Source: Lingula anatina
Lineage: Eukaryota > Animalia > Brachiopoda
Direction of reading: 5' to 3'
DNA length: 64,000 nt
Assembly (NCBI GenBank): GCA_051362555.1
Contig: CM120640.1
Span: 10,912,001 to 10,976,000, forward strand
In this document: positions 13,201 through 27,835 of the stretch, piece by piece
Layout: each line of letters starts with the position of its first letter
Position numbering within the stretch: position 1 is the stretch's first letter
Made by a program: the position numbers and the translations under genes
The notes under the pieces: generated by a model
What the model saw: the letters and a program-made list of their open reading frames with translations, nothing else
Databases searched by the model: none
What the model was told of the DNA's origin: nothing

Positions 13201-16200
13201 TATCCTAATCATTTTAACATTGTAACAAATTGTTGCCTGTATTAAATGTTATGGCCCGAGGGATAAAAAAACATATATATCAGATATTCAATATGACTCA
13301 TCATTCTAAAAATTATGATGCAATGAGTCAGCAAAAGTTTTTATTTACAAACAGTTTTGCACAAATTTCGTTTGTGGGGTTGCAAAGAGGCTCCCGGGAA
13401 ACGTAACCCTATTTTCCCTATAGACCGGCTGATAGGCGAGCACACTGTTTGTCGCTTGACACCACTGAGGAGAGTAGCTGTTACCTATACTCACATTTGC
13501 TTTCGTGACTGTGCGCCGTGCACTAATTATATTAGCACATTCCAAGAAAATATAGGCAGCTGTTTCCTGCCTTTCGCAATCCAATCCAATCCAATTGTTG
13601 TTTGACGATGTCGTTTGTATTCTACAAACCAGTACGCAGCTGTAACCCGAATAATGAATATTTCTTGTTTTTGAACTGATTTTGCACCCAAAAATTACTG
13701 GTTAAAGCCTTATTGTTATTGTTGAAGTCGATAAAATCTGCTAGTTGTCGAATTCTGAACGAGTATGGATTAAACCAAAACGTCCACAAAACCAACCGAA
13801 TTTTGTGTCGGCAAACTACGAATAATTACCAAAATTGTGTAGTGGATAAGAATATCATTTCGAAGAAAGGGCTTAACATATTTTTCTCTTAAAAGAACTT
13901 AAAACTGCATTTAAAAGTGAAAATATCCATTCTATTCTTGTCAAAAAATGATATTGTTAGTGGACAATACTGTTTCTTAACTTCATTTTATCCGTTTTAT
14001 ACGCCCTTCAAACTGCAATTTTGATGTCCAATTGATTTGAGGTTAGCCCCTGAGCTATTAATTTTTATTTTTATGTTAAAACAAACATGTTGCTTCTAAC
14101 CTATGAGATTTAGCCTTTGGCTTGGACGGGGCAAACTTAGTTTTAATATCTTAGGTCAAATTATAGACCGTTAATGTTTAAGATACCATAAAGGCTAAAT
14201 TGATATTGAACAATTTTCACACGAACCCTCACTAGCGTATAACATTATCCGCGCGTGCACAAACATGGTTTTACACAACAGCATATTTCCGTTTGTCGTG
14301 CAATTTATCACCGGGGCTTTCATCGTTGTCATAGCAACAAATTATGGTCTTACTATGTTCTGTTCGAACCTCCTTATCTTCGGTTGCTATTGCATGTTTT
14401 TCTGCTCAAAAAAAATTTGATGATCACCCTATCGGTTTTCAAGACTGACAGCGCTTCGAAAAAAAAATGAATTGTTATGAATCCCGATCCTTCATTAGTC
14501 AAATATACCAACTCGTCACAAGAAGCCATCAGATAATCAGGCCATTTTACATTGAAATAAAACTGGTTTGTACACTCAAAAGTGACGGCAAATACTTGTA
14601 GCCAACTCATGCAACTCTTTCTTGTAGTTTAATTATGTTGGTTTTGAATGGCATGAAAAAAATCCTTAATGGCAAAAATTCCGTTGGTCAAGAGATAACA
14701 TTGATGAGTTCCTTGGAATGTTACATGGCAGTTATATGCCGGTGCAAGCCATCTAATTCTGGTTTGTATTCTCTGCTGACTTTTTAGGCCTACCTCGCAT
14801 CTGGTGGCCTGAGATACAATAACTGGCTCTCAAGGAAATTAATTTTTTGTAATGTGGTGACATGAGTTGAGCTATCGACAAGTGCTATATTGCGTATATG
14901 TATAAACTGAACTCTCTCGCACGCGCGCGCGCGTGCACCCTGGTTAATTGTCACGCGCTAGCATTCCTCATCTCTGCTATGTTTGAACAAAATTATTTAT
15001 GGAAATTATTTTTCGAAGATCCAAGAAAAATTGCATGAAAACAAACAGCATATTGCAGCACATTTGATGTTATGAGATGCTATTCTATTAATTTGAAGAC
15101 TATAGGTATGGCATGATGGGTTTCCTCAATTCCGCGATATGTTTTCACTGATGCTATATGAATTAAAATGAATGCCTACCCGCATCCGGTAAGACGGAAG
15201 TAGCAGCATATTCGATTCTGTGTGGAAGTCTGTTACAATGTGATCTGCCCGGTACATGTAACGTTCATAACTACTATACGTTTTAAGGAATATATTGCTG
15301 TCGTAAGTAGAAAAGGCCTCCGAAACTTTTTGCATGTTACATGTATGTATATGTATAAAAAGACATTAATCAAGATGCAAATATGCATGTCACGCGCCAC
15401 TTGGATTGTTGTGTCTCTCAGTGTCATGTCAACGTGTGTACGTGTTATAAGACTTCTATAAAGATATCTTTATTATATGGCATTACCATCTCTTGTTGAA
15501 ACTAGGTTTAACCAAAAATGCCCTGAGTTTTACGAATTTTAGGGTATTTTAATCTTAGACTATATTTAAACATATTTTTTAAGTACAAGGCAACGTCTAA
15601 GTATGTCACTGTGAGCTAAAATAAGGATTTGATGTATAGGGTTCTTAGGTTGAATGGTCTAAATGGTTTAAATTCCCCATTAAAATGAGCGAGAGGAAAT
15701 TGGTAAAAAGCATGTCTTTTAAGATTGATTAATATCACGATAGGTTCCATTTGCGTGTGTATTTTCATGGCCATGCTCAGCGCTTGCTTCGTTTTCCCAG
15801 TAATTGATGAGCTTATTTGCGGTTATTAAATTTCTGCATTACTGACTAAACAAATAACTGAAATGGCTTCTCGTTTTCTCGGAAGAACTGTTTTCGTTGT
15901 CAAATCTGAGCACTATGTTATTATACTGCAACAGATTTGTTAACTGTCACTGGCTGCACTAACGTGTATTTTCCCCGCTGTACGTAACTATACACGTACG
16001 TATATAGAAGAGCATGGTAGGTAATAAATCCAAACCGTTTTAAGCCTTCCCACACAGAGGTAGGAAATAGAAGGACTTATAGAGCACGTCAGAAACATTT
16101 ACTACATTTACTGGTGTGCGCTGGTGCTGTAGTATAAATGGATATAGGCAAGGTAATTTTTAATTAGTTGTTTTATTGTTTGAATAGGCCTTAAAATAAT

Positions 16201-16575
16201 AACTGTACATGTAGAGCACATCAGTATTTGGATTGTGCGGCACGGATTTTCAATGTCATTTATATTGATCTGGAATTGTGGTGGTTCATAAAGAAAATGA
16301 CAGCAAAAAGGCATGGTGGCGATGCTTAATTCAGAACTTGAACAGAAAGAGAACGAATAAGGTATATCTATAGTAAAAGATCTGAGGCTAGTGTTGTTTT
16401 TTATATATATATATATTGAGTTATATGATGAACGTGCAGTCCACACTCTTACCAGTACTTGGCTAGGAAAATTGCTTACCTGACACTATGTAGCAGCAAT
16501 ATTTGCATGCATTTGATATGCTGTCTTGCATATTGAATTTTACGTGACGGAATTAAGACCGCTATCTATTTTCAG

Positions 16576-16791
16576 ACATGTACACTAGGAGAGTAGTTAG
16601 TAGCGGCATCACCAGTGCCATTTAATGCGAGGGAGTGCTTAGACACAAGGGCGTTTCAAGTACATAAGGAATGAAGCCAAAGTTCGCGTTCACATTAAGC
16701 GACTGAAGTGCCATAATATTTTGAACTGAAAGACATACCTGCCAGCCTCGAAGATGCTTGGGCTTTGACTACTGGAGAGAGAGCGCGAAAG
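16576..16791 (+). other. Putative non-coding upstream exon of the synaptotagmin gene
   Basis: Strong donor AAG|GTAAGT at 16791/16792. The frame leading into the synaptotagmin ATG exon contains a TGA, so it would be UTR. The link to the downstream gene is inferred. Confidence 0.4.
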
Positions 16792-19700
16792 GTAAGTCGG
16801 TTTTAGTGACTTGAAAGACAAACAACTGCACAAATCATTCGATCTCATGTGCTTGTTCCTTCCAAGTTAAAGAAATAGGAGATTTATTAAAGACTAATAC
16901 AGAACCTGTGGCATTTGTCGTTTCATGAATGTGCTCGTTGCTGAACATAAGTGGAAACATTTGTGAATAAATGGATTGTGTTTGGTTTCTCTTTCCATGC
17001 CATATATGTTCATGTGCAAATATTAATAGTGCATTAACATGGAATGGATGAATAAAGGTGCCTTCACAATCTCTTTTCCTCTAATAATTCATATATTTAT
17101 ATATTTATATATTTATGATTAATGTGATAAGGTTGTTTTTTCAATGAGCTATTGAATATAGATGTATGTGAAGATCGGACTAGAATAGGACTCGTGTTAC
17201 ACTGTATTTACAAGCACTGAGTTCTTGTGGGTTCTGTCTTAAATTTGAAAGCCATTGTTCAACAGAGATAAGCGCATGCAGGCAGAGCAAAGTGACTGGG
17301 ACTTTGTATATGACCACAGAAACCGGACTAAAAGTTAATGCTCTCTGAAAAATAAAGCGCCCTATTAAGCTAGCTTTCGCTCACTTCTGGTTAGTAAGAA
17401 AACCGGAGGTTCACTCAAGGACGGTTTCACTATTGTATGTATTAAGAAAAAAATTAATGAAGATAACCATGAACATAAACTCTGTCCGTCGGCAATGCGG
17501 TTATCAGGAAAATTACAGGTCGTGGTTCCTATTTTGCTTGCGAAGAGCGGTGAGCCGCAATGAAATGCTGTTCATTTCAAAATGCATGTTCCTTGATGTG
17601 TCCTCGATGTATTGACCATTGCAAATCATGCGTGGAAGTCACGTTGGAATAACGCCTTATCAATCTGTTTCCTGCTCAGTGAGATTTCCCATAAGAGGGC
17701 TTAAACTAACGATGTTGGCTCTTGTGGTTAGCTGATATAGCATTTGCTTTCAAATTTGGGGCATAGGCTGATGGTAGAATGTTAAACTCTTTCATAGTTG
17801 CAGGGATTTTGGCTATATTTGACCTTTTGATGCCAGAAGGGTAATCTTTTACTCTCAATCAGATGTAAACAGTTCCTATAAGATTCAAACACAATTCATT
17901 CAAGATTGGATAGTATCGTTTAAGACAAGCTATTAAAGATTACGGCTCACTACATTATAACCCAGTAAGGTAATGTCTTTTTAGATCATAAAGATTCTTA
18001 TTCATGGCTGTATTTACATTTACATACACGCACTTTTATAAGCAATTGGAATTCTTGAAAGTTGCGTAAACGGGTGTCAGGACTGAATCAACTTGTCCAT
18101 GTTCACCTACATGGTAACATCTACCCTTAATTGCACAAAGGGACCAATTCAAATAATGCGCATTCTCGAGCTTGCAAGAAGGTTCAACATCTTCATCCGA
18201 TTGCACGGCCGGGCCATTACGTACTTTATGAGCGCCTATTCCAGGTGGGGGCGAAAAATATGTTGGTAGCATGCTATGTTCTACTGACATGCAACATTTT
18301 TGTTTCAGTAGTATGTGTATTTTGTCTTTGATTACTAATTCATCACTTCAATATTAGATTCCATTGAGTCCTTGACCTGTGACGTCAGCTAGAAGTGAGG
18401 GCGGTATAACCCAATCCGTCAATGAACTGGATTCTTTCAATGTATAAGTCCCGAAAAGTACACCGGTCATATATCAAATTGAGCCATGCTGTTTTTTATA
18501 TTTAACATTTTCCTAGTGTTAATAACCGCCGTGACCCAAAAGCACATTGGAAACCTCTAATGATTCCGGTCACATAATGTCAGGATATGCTTGTTTGGTT
18601 TGGTATTTTAAGAGTAATGATAATATCGAGATGACAAAGAGGTGGTTACTTTGGTACTCCACATTTCACCTGATGTGGTGAACCTTGTTATGAAATATAC
18701 TTAAAGTGCAGAGATCTACATCATACCTTGTAAGCTAGCTAATAATATCATAATGCTTATGATAATCAGCACTATCATATTGCCTTCATAAATCAATAAA
18801 GATATAGGTTCGATGTGGGATCTACTATGCGGGATGTATGTCATCTTTTGGGTTCAGTTCGATCATACCGATTATAAAGATATGCGACGGTCCTATACTT
18901 GAAAAGAAAAAACAATTTTACATTTGTACAATGTTAATATATATTATACCGGTATTATTTTTTTAGTCGTAGCATCAGGCTACTGCCTGTCCTCTTGCCT
19001 TTTGCCTTATAGTATGTTTTTCTGAAATGTTTTGAGTTCAACAATAAGCCGTCATTCTGATGCACCACAAATCAATATAGCTTATCTTAATAGCACGTCT
19101 GTTAGTTCCCAATTTCCGTTGTAATTTATTCTCATCAAGACTGAAGCAATGTCATTTAAACCTCTTAAGCTTTTGACAATGATCCTACTAAGCATATTCT
19201 AAGCCAGTCAGACTGTGTAAAGAATTGTGTTGTTTTTAGATATCACGTTACAATGAGCTGTATGTCAGCTTTCATCTCCACCTTTGTCTACCCAATAATA
19301 TTTAATGGAAAATATAAGTTTTAGCACACAAATCGCTTTGTTGTTTGACATTTGAAAATATAACGTTTTTGCCACTTACACGCTAATCGCGATAATTTGG
19401 TGAGAACGAATCGCAGGTTTCTGGCCATTTAATTGCCTGCAGTCCTATGTGTTTGTGCAGTTATCCAACTATTCATTGCATAGAGGATACGATTTCTGCT
19501 ATTGCACAATACTGGGTTCCAATAGTTTCTGTGTGATGCTGCAAAAATCCATATTATTCAATTTGTAGAAGAAGATTTACTTCATTCCAATGCATTGCAA
19601 GTAAATTAGTTTACCAGTCGACACGATCCGCCCACGCAGTGTCCTCACTGTTCCTAGGAGAAACCAAGGTAAAAAATCAAAGGTAGAATATTCGGCCCAT

Positions 19701-21484
19701 CAGATGGTTTACCTCACGGTAGTTAGGGGAACATGTTTGATTCATACGCCGTTATTTAGTCAAACAGAACAACATACATGTACTAGTAGCTTAAACATTC
19801 TGCCACTAAAAGCAATCCTTAATTTTTTCAATTCTTTTCCTGAATGTGTCCCTTGAAAATACACGTGCTTTCTTCAATCTTAGACTCTTTTTGTAAATAT
19901 TCATTTGGCTAGTTGGAGGAAAACAACAGGTAGAAAATATGTTTCAACACGTTTCCCTGAAATACATCCAAACATATTTGGTGTTATATAAACATTCACT
20001 GGAGACAGTGTTATTATCTTATTTTTCAGAAGACGTTTTCTATTATTTGCTCACTGTCATTCCCGCCGCCCTGTTTCTAAATATAAACAACAGGAGGTTT
20101 GGACGATAGCACAAAAAAGATTCAAATCACAATAGTGTACAACCAACTGGAACAACTTCACAATGCATCGGGACTCGTGATACATGTACTTCCTTTCTTC
20201 TACATATTTTATTAATTCATCTTTGTGTCGGCTTACACTAAAATGTATTATCAAAACCGTTTGTTTAGGTATGCCATTCTACCATTTCTATGATAGATTT
20301 AACGTCAAATGAATGAGAAGCGTTTGTTTTCCTCAAATTTCTTTTACGTCTTTGAAATTACATGTACATGATGATACAACTACCTTGTAAATGTTCGGCA
20401 CGATGACCGTCAAATGGTCTAATGTACAAACTCCATAGTTATATCCCGGTACAATAAATGTACATGTATAAATAAATACATGAATGAAGAAATGAATAAC
20501 TGAATATATAAACTAACTAAATAAATTAATTAAAATTGGTTGAAAAATTAATATAATATATTATAAAGCAATAAGCGACCAGTGGAGTTTCAAGATCCTT
20601 TTTGCCACTGTTCAACCAATTTTTAAAATGTATAAACCATCTTCATGTATGTGCAGACAATTTAGGCAAATATGGCGTCTCACTAAAAAGCTTGTTGTCT
20701 AATTCGCTAATAGACACTGAAGAGATTCCCCCTGGGGAAGTATTCAAATGGGTCGACCATATTTGACCCTCGGACTAGTTAGCCCTCTGTTCTGAATGCA
20801 GCCTTATTTAGCACGATTGCTCCCAGAGTGAGCACACTGTTCGTCATAGAAAATGGCAGTATTTAATGAGGACAGGAGTGTGAAAAAAAAAGCTGCGCTC
20901 AGATTAGTATAGAATTGCCGATATTTGAGAGCCAGTGCTACGTCAGTAGTGTATGCAGCTAGAGCAGGGAAAGGTTGGACAAATGGCCTAGATAGTCATT
21001 GGGTAGATTGATTATTAGGTGTCATGTTCATTAGGCCTTCTGGGCAGTGCTATATACAGTACATATAAGCGCCAGCATCTTTGTGTGCTCTGTAATTTAT
21101 ATGAGCGGAGGCTATACTCTTAACAACAGCACTGATGGTGGGTACTCACAGTCTGCCTTTGTGAAGTGACGAACCCGTGGCAGTTTCAGATCGTCGTTTA
21201 AAAGTATTATCTAATAGTTTGATTCAAAAGCTACATTGCTCTTTCTGTTATAAAGGACAGGAGAAAATATAACGATACAAGTTACATGGTTTTGTGAAAA
21301 AAATATCATTACATTCAAAATTTTACAGTCATGGTTATGAACAAATATAACAGTTAAGTTGAACAAAGAAAGTAATTTTGTCTTTTGCTGTAACTTCTTT
21401 CCTCACTACTGTCTGAGCATACAGGGCATTATTTGACGTGACAGGCTTACATAATTATGAATTTTTTTACATTTCAGATACAAG

Positions 21485-24400
21485 ATGGCGTCGACCTTCG
21501 CTGTAGGACTTGCAGTGGGGGGAGCAGTTGCAGTAGTTGCCATCATTGTCACCGTTATTATAGTTCTGCTGTGCCGCAGATTTTGTTTACGAGAGAAGAG
21601 CAATTCTACAGCATATGAAGCTATAGGAGATTTCAAACCTACATCTCAGGCCCTTGTCACACCCTCACCAAGTCAGGTAAGCGGTAACCCGTCCAGGTCA
21701 TTTCCGAACCGACAAGATCTTACGGCTGACAAAATATTAGAAATGGGCTATTACGACACGTTCGTATCAGATTTAATGTAGGTCTGTTCTAGTTTTCGAC
21801 AAATTACTTCATTAGTATATTTTGTAGAACCCTCTGTACACCGCATTCCGAAGGTCATTTTTTTTACGAGAGTCGATTCCTCAAAATAGAAAATAAAAAA
21901 AAACGGTGAGACCTTTCTTCCAAAGCCACATTAGGACATAAGACAGGTCTGTTTCATCTTATGTGAAGGGCTGTACAGAATACCTTCTGTCACCGAAAGT
22001 TTTAGCGCACTGTACAAGTGCAAGTACACTAATGAGAGTAAGTTCTTCAAAGTAGAAACTCGTCGAGTGTAAGATTACAACTTTCTATACGCCCAATGAG
22101 GGCTCTTGTCTGGTTCCGTGTTCTGCTGTATTTAAAACAAACCAAGATCATTGTATGTAAAGCCGTGAAACCACTTGAGAATCTGGCATTTCAGATATTT
22201 ATGGTTTAGGATAGTGGTAGGAGATATCATTTAACTGCTTTCCATACAATAAATAATGTTTCACTTTCTAAGAATTGCTAGTTAAATCTCAGCATGTCAT
22301 GATCACCATTAATTTTGTAATAATTTATTATTCTTTGATGTTCTGCATTGTCCTTCCAAGCGGATTTATAGATTTATCTGAAATATCAATTCCAATAGAA
22401 TGGTTCATATGTTGACTCTGCAATTGCACGGAAACACTGATAATACTCTTCGCAGTACCATTTTACGAGCGCCTTTTATCCAAAACATTTATATTTGTCA
22501 GCTAACCTGTGACAGATGTTTATATCATGTAATTGCTGTGTCTATAAATCTGTGTATATCATCCCGTAACTCGTATTTATCGGGTCCTGTTTTCAGGAAT
22601 CTATGGGCTTGCCTCACCAAAGAAACGTCCAGCCACGCGCAAAGTCAACATTTGGAACTGGCCCGAGTATGTCTAGAGAAGCGTTGCTCAGTGTCAGCGA
22701 CAGCGGGAGCATCAAGTCGGTGCAAAGTGGGCGGAGTGAGTCGTCTGTTACAAGTGGAGATATTAGCAGTACCAGCGTAGACGCTGGATTAGGTATGATT
22801 TTCTATTTAGAAAATTGAATTTTCGTTGCATTAGCCGCTATTATAGAGCAATGATCCTGCAGATCAACACTGCATTTCATTCAATCAAGAGCCACGAAAA
22901 CAACCGTGCAGCAGGCGGGTATTCACAGCTGTCTTGAAGGCTTTACAGTTTTGTTTTCTCTGTACTTCTATTTTATAATCTGCACCAAGCTACAAGAATA
23001 TACGATGTTGGTAAAATGCAGGGTATTCTCAATATTGCAGGTTTGAGCGTAAATGAGGTCTCGAAATACAGCTCTTTGGTGTTAGTACTACATTCGCCAT
23101 AAAGCGTCTCAAGTGCTGTCCATCGTTTTTTATTGAAATTACATGTACTTCACTTAAGTAAACTAAATGAATGACAGCTTATCCGGATATTTGACTTTAC
23201 AACTGGATATGTAACCTTATACGTTATTCCCTGACATTCTTGTGGCTCGGGGTGGTAATTCTTGTTGTATGAAAACTATGTCAGATGATTTCTTCCCTTC
23301 TTCGAAAAATATTTGTGCTTAGATACAACCCCCCCCCCCCCCCCCACCCCAAAAAAAAAAAATGAAAAATGGGAAACAAGTAATATCATTGCTTCGATCT
23401 AAAAGTAAAAGAAGATCCGGATGAGAATCGAAATGGCTACAAGTTGTACTAATTTAGGTTACTGATTTTTCTATCATTGAGGTTCAACCAAATTGTAAGT
23501 AATTTTGTGTAGATATGCAACATTAATCTTCTGCTACTCAAATGGCACCAAACTCTTTTTATTGTGACCCAATTAAATTATACTTCTTAATGGCATGGTC
23601 TTTAACACAAAAGATTTGACTCTATAGCTCTTTCAGAGTTCATGTTGCGATCATTTTAAAACCCCGATACATTACCGATAGGCAAGTGTAATTTACATTA
23701 TGACAGGGCCGTAGCCTGAGCAAAATGCCAGGGGGGGGGGGGGGGGGGGCAGTAAGCGGACACGAGGGGGACGGTGTGAGAGGGGGTGTCCCCCCTCCCA
23801 CGATTGTTGAATGATTGTTTAATGACCATGAGTGCATTTTCTCACAGCATTGATACCAACTTTGCAATTTTTTTTTTTTTACCTTTGCGATTATTTTTTG
23901 CACCTCAAATCCCAGGGGGGACAGCTGCCCCCCCTGCCCCCCCGGAGGCTACGGCCCTGTATGATGATCCTTGTGGTAGGCTATCAATGGACATCGGTAT
24001 ATTTTTGTTTTGTCACCAAGTTTAGCTTTTTATTCGCTAATTTATCACCTCAGGTTCTATTCAGCCTGACCTATACCAAAGAAAGGATACTGTGCTACGT
24101 CAAACATCCAAGGACCAATCAGGAAAACTGGGGAGACTACACTTGAGACTGAAATATGATTTTAAAACATCTGACCTTATCGTTCACCTCATTGAAGGTA
24201 GGGCGCTTGAGTACGTTTGAAAAACTTAGTTGAAGAAAATAAAGACATTCTCCTGCGTCCGACATCATTCGCCTGTTAGTGGTTATGCGTTTGCAATGTA
24301 TGTATGCAAATATTGGAATATATTCTCTTTTAACATTGTGTTCAGAACGTTATTATTCAAAATATTTCACTTCGTTTTTTTTTACATTTTGATTTGTTTT

Positions 24401-25973
24401 GCAGCTCAAGATTTGCCTGCAATGGACGTTTTCGGCGGATTCAGTGATCCTTACGTGAAGATGTTTCTGCGACCAGAACCAGACAGTAAACTTCGCCAAT
24501 CATCCATAAAGCGACGGACTCTAAACCCAGTGTACAATGAATACTTCAAATTCCCTGTAACTTTTGATGAGCTACGCGAAAAAACCTTGTTCGTCCATGT
24601 GTACGACTACGACAAGTTTTCACGAAATGACATCATTGGAGAAGTGTCTGTTCATCTGGACAGCATTGACGTCAGCACCAGTGTGGAGGTGTGGTGTGAT
24701 ATTGAGCGTTATTCCGAGGTAAGTTTACATAATTGTCTGTGTGCCCTTTGCTTCAAATTTCGCGTGCAGCTGTAGCTGCTTACGTGGGAACTGTTATTTT
24801 CTTTTTCTAAGAAAACCATTGCAAACAAATTAATGCACATTATTCTACTTATCCATTTCGCACGTTAATGTGTCAAAAAGTGGCTGGTTTATTTACCATA
24901 TGATTGCCGAGAATGCGAACAAGTTATGATAGGGAGATTATTCCATGAAAAGAAATCGTTATTTTACTATTGTGAATTGCTTTTGATTAAATAATTTCGA
25001 TGGTGACCAATACAACCCTAAATTTTACTAGAACATGTATAGCAATGCGTTAATTAAAATACCAATTGGCTTCAGTGCTTCATAGGAAAAAACATTTTTA
25101 AGTTTTGAAACGTAAAATTTATTAACAATGTTTGCATAATTATAAAACATCAAGATTGTTTTGAAGCTTTGTTCGTTACCAGAAAGATTAGTCAATCAGC
25201 AAATGATAACATTTTAAAAATCTTAACGATATTGATACATGATGTGAAGTCAAAATGACTTGTCCACTCTTACATAGGTAACCAGCAATCTTGGAGAACT
25301 CTTGCTTTCCTTGAGCTATTTGCCCACAGCTGAGAGGCTCACTGTTGTTGTTCTCAAGGCAACAAATTTGCCGAAAATTAACTTCGGGGGCACAACAGGT
25401 AAACGATTTTTCATCATATTATGAAATATATATTGGACTTGTGGAAAAGTGACTATAGGGCCGTAGTTTCCGTATATAAGTGGTCAAATTATTTTAAAAC
25501 GAAATTTAAATAAAACTTAAGCGCGTGCGCGCAAGTGTATGTATGTATGTTATATGCAAAATCCAAACAAGCATTTGCAAATGTAAGAAATATTTTCTAA
25601 AATAATTTTTAATATTTTTCTTGTAAAGTGAAATGTTATTCTTCATCATTCTTTTTTCTCAGATCCTTTTGTGAGGGCATCCCTAATACACGAAGGAAAG
25701 AGAATAAAACGGAAGAAGACCTCTGTTCAGAAGAACACTATCAACCCAGTATGGAATGAGGCTTTAGTGTTTCAGGTTCCGGCAGAACTGTTGGACAAAG
25801 TTATCTTAGAGCTAAGTGTGCTGGATTACGACCTGGTCGGGCACAGCGAGACGATAGGGAATATCACTTTGGGGAGAAATCAGACGGGGAGTGAAGAGTC
25901 ACACTGGAGAGAAATGATGGAGAATTTACGAAAGTCTATCGCTAAATGGCACTCTTTGCAGAAAGCAAGATAA
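21485..25973 (+). CDS. SYT: Synaptotagmin (N-terminal TM, C2A, C2B); resembles the invertebrate Syt-beta type
   Basis: Exons 21485-21676, 22597-22792, 24054-24197, 24405-24718, 25278-25398, 25663-25973, all GT-AG and in phase. TM segment LAVGGAVAVVAIIVTVIIVLLC; GSIQPDLY; GRLHLRLKYDF; C2A (AMDVFGGFSDPYVK...YDYDKFSRNDIIGEV); C2B (LSYLPTAERLTV...KRKKT...NPVWNE); C-terminal WHSL. Confidence 0.93.
23704..23959. mobile_element. GC-rich MITE in a synaptotagmin intron
   Basis: TIRs CAGGGCCGTAGCC / GGCTACGGCCCTG, TATGA repeated directly on both flanks, internal poly-G and poly-C tracts. Confidence 0.8.
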
Positions 25974-27539
25974 CCAGATCATTTAGTCTGCTGTGACGTT
26001 AATAAGATATACTTTATTCATCTAGATATTGACAAATTGATTTCACTGCGGTGCCTGACGGTGGATTTGATTAGATGAACCCGTAAGAAAAAAATTCCTC
26101 GTGAGTTGATTGTGTGCATCGTCTGGTAAATCACCTGAGAGCAAGCATTTTTATACGAAAGAAAGGGATGACATCTCACTGAATGAGCATACTGAATATT
26201 GTACATACTCGTAAAATGCACATCGGTATACGTGAATAATGAACTTGACATTTCAGATTCTCATTGAAATATGTTGCCAAAGGAAAACGAAAGAAATCGT
26301 ATTGCAAATAATCATGTGAAAACCAGTATGCTGTGAGAATTCTGAGAGAAAGCAGTAAAGTACCAATTCCAACCATAGTGTGGTTTCGTTGGCTTTGGCT
26401 TTCTCAAAATATAATGACTGTTTACATCTGATATTATATAATGGAAGTAATCCACATCCGCGTTGTGAATAATAAAATATTAGCGTTAGAGTGCCTGCAA
26501 GTTGAGGAATCTTACCATATTTTTGAAACAAAACGTTGTATGTAAAAAAACTACTATGACCCGTGGAAATTTCGTGGAATGAAGAAAAAAAAGTTTCATC
26601 GTTGTCCAACAGTCTATAAATATCTTGAAAAAATCACAACTGCCTTGTCTTCAGTAAACTGCAGAATTCCCTCTGCCGTGCATATCTACAAATATCTGTA
26701 TTATCTGTCTTTGCTTTATATGTCTCCCGCTTCTGTATGCTTAAGCTGCGAGCACTTGTACCAAATTTACTTGGAAGTCTGAGTATTTGGACCCACTACT
26801 TCCACTTGAACAACTTTGCTTCCCTTTTAAATGGCAATAAAATCGTCTGCCATGTTAAGTGCAATACCTAAACCATATGGTTGAACATTCTATGTAATTT
26901 GTGAACAGGCGGTACGAGATGACGATTGAAGACGCTAGGCACAACGTTACAAATGTCAGCAGAAAAGCTTTCAATGATAGTTATATCTGACCACATGTCT
27001 ATTATAATAGCAATCCATTTAGCAAGCAAATATTTTGTGTTTTGATAAACTTGTTGGAACGTATCACTTTTTAATCACAGAGAATATTATCTCTGGTTTA
27101 ATAAAACAATAAGGATTCTCCGTTATGCCGTAGATGAATTATTAGCAAGGTGACAAACCACAATTGTTCATTGATACGCATGGTGATATACATTTTTTTT
27201 GTAATTCAAAAGAACACATTTATTCTGACCATAAATTTTCTTGCTCAAGCATCATTTAATAATGTGTGTATTTATAACCGTGTTAACTCATGCTGTCTAT
27301 GCTTTATTAACCATCGATCGCTAAGATATAGAATCTTTCGAATAACTGAGGTTGCTATAGTTACACGCTTGCATACGTCGTTTCCCTGAGTGCTTATCCT
27401 CTAAAGATTTCAATCAAGCCCTTCACATAAGGAGAGTCCACCAGCAATGCTATTCATGTCTTACAGGGCATGAGAGACCAAGGCTTTTTATAAAACCAAC
27501 AAACGAGATGCTGGACTAGACCTAAATAGATTAAAATAT

Positions 27540-27835
<296 letters not shown>

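Noticed and set aside
13061-13415. TAACCCTA resembling a telomere repeat or telomerase RNA template
   Set aside because: Only 8 nt, not a full 1.5-repeat template, and part of a duplicated 18-mer better explained as repeat-element sequence.
11000-21400. Many 60-110 aa ORFs between MMS22L and synaptotagmin
   Set aside because: No coherent exon chain or recognisable motifs; consistent with chance ORFs in intergenic and intronic DNA.
23640-24146. Pro/Gly-rich ORFs
   Set aside because: Produced by MITE poly-G/C tracts; the real exon 24054-24197 is read in another frame.
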